Assembly (NCBI GenBank): GCA_038496445.1
Contig: JALMLS010000343.1
Span: forward strand, 1-64,000
Length of the DNA: 64,000 bases
Reading direction: 5' to 3'
DNA from: Trichosphaerium sp. ATCC 40318
Taxonomy: Eukaryota; Protista; Tubulinea
The position numbers were made by a program, and so were the translations under genes. Shown here piece by piece: positions 62,987-64,000 of the stretch. Below the pieces are notes generated by a model. That model saw only the letters and a program-made list of their open reading frames with translations, ran no database searches and was not told where the DNA came from. Position 1 is the first letter of the stretch. Each line of letters opens with the position of its first letter.

Positions 62987-63222
62987 TTTGTAATGTAAAC
63001 GCAATAAAAAGTTTTAGAAACCCAGGTTTTATGTTACAGGTGCTACTATAGCGTCGAAGTTCATTTACCAATCACGTGGTAAAAAAATTGTAACTCTTCA
63101 ATCGCTTTGGGCCTTGCGTTTCAAAAAAAAAAGATTTGACGAAAAAACAAAAAAGTCACCATAGATTCCTTTGAACATTTATTTCCGGAGCTTGGTTTCC
63201 CACAACAACCAAACAGTTTCGC

Positions 63223-64000
63223 ATGTCCGTACCTTCACAAAAAGATTCCCCTGGTCCACCACTAACGTAATTTTTTAAAACTATACCCATTATCACGCGT
63301 TTATGCAAATTTAGTGAACCAACAGACTTACTTGAGGAGCTGTCGGTGTTGGACGGTACGTACTTTGCTTTATTTTAACTACACAAAGTTTTTAATCGAT
63401 CTCTTCCCCTGATTTCCACTACAAAACTACTCGCCAAAAAACACGGCGTTGCCTTTCTCCTCACGGTATTTAATCGCCTATCACACCCTAAACAAAGCAC
63501 AGCCAGCAGAGGGAATACTCCACGCCCTAACAAGGCCACAACCTACTTCTTTGGTGGCATGCAACTTCTAAAGAATGGGAAATTAGATTCAGCGTTAGAC
63601 AAGCTGCGACAATCGGTCGGTCTTGCCCAACAAGTGAAAAATCCAGATGAGCAAGATATTGAAGCGCTTGGTAAGATTTTAAGCCCAACCAAAATACGAA
63701 TTTTTTTTTTACGCCGTTTTTTCATTACTCGTACGCGCCAATGCGAAGAGGGTGCAAAAATAAGGACAAATTTGTTTTACCATTTCAAAAATAAAAGATT
63801 CTATTTTTCTTTAATTTAATTAAAACCTTCCTTACTAAAACTAATCCCTTAGCTACTTGCTATTTGGGATACGGCTATGCCTGCGGCAAAAAAGGCGATT
63901 GGCCAAAATGTGAAACTGCATACTGTAATGCACTTAAAACGTGGTCTAGAATCCACACTGAAGAGCGTTATCGCTTATGTCAGCTACAACTCGAGATTGC
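63223..64000 (+). CDS. TPR-like helical repeat protein, 3' partial
   Basis: GKLDSALDKLRQSVGLA..; ATCYLGYGYAC.KKGDWPKCETAYCNALKTW. Confidence 0.5.

Noticed and set aside
1-64000. Alternative genetic code as the cause of ORF fragmentation
   Set aside because: Stops fall inside GT-AG introns and conserved proteins splice cleanly in the standard code; only the SPS UGA is recoded

Overview
AT-rich, gene-dense eukaryotic (protist-like, probably non-fungal) genomic DNA with many short GT-AG introns, mostly ~40-70 nt, so the ORF track fragments the genes; gene boundaries below are manual splice reconstructions and approximate. Bases 1-5460 are a gene-poor, repeat-rich, subtelomere-like block: diverged direct repeats, a ~930 bp TIR-bounded non-autonomous element and degenerate TTAGGG repeats. 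The genes that follow are an ICE2/NARG2-like gene hosting an intronic H/ACA snoRNA, selenophosphate synthetase with an in-frame UGA-Sec and a 3' SECIS, an RRM/RS protein, a mucin-like membrane protein, a MOV10/SDE3-like helicase, a fused glutamine-dependent carbamoyl-phosphate synthetase, a cluster of divergent ubiquitin-system genes (UBL, two USPs, E1, stand-alone RBR RING2/IBR micro-protein), NmrA-like, USP48-like, APRT, complex I NUXM-like, Spc24, a 7TM protein, an F-box protein, a PH-C2-RasGAP, a DHHC palmitoyltransferase and a partial TPR-like gene. The top observation is a 28-codon uORF (MGCSEGRQINIRIELDYLCDNIWKAQKH) in the CPS leader. It carries the core motif of the fungal arginine attenuator peptide but sits in front of a fused small+large CPS. 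Next in interest are the H/ACA snoRNA predicted to guide the LSU rRNA A-loop pseudouridine and the compact divergent ubiquitin-like conjugation cluster.
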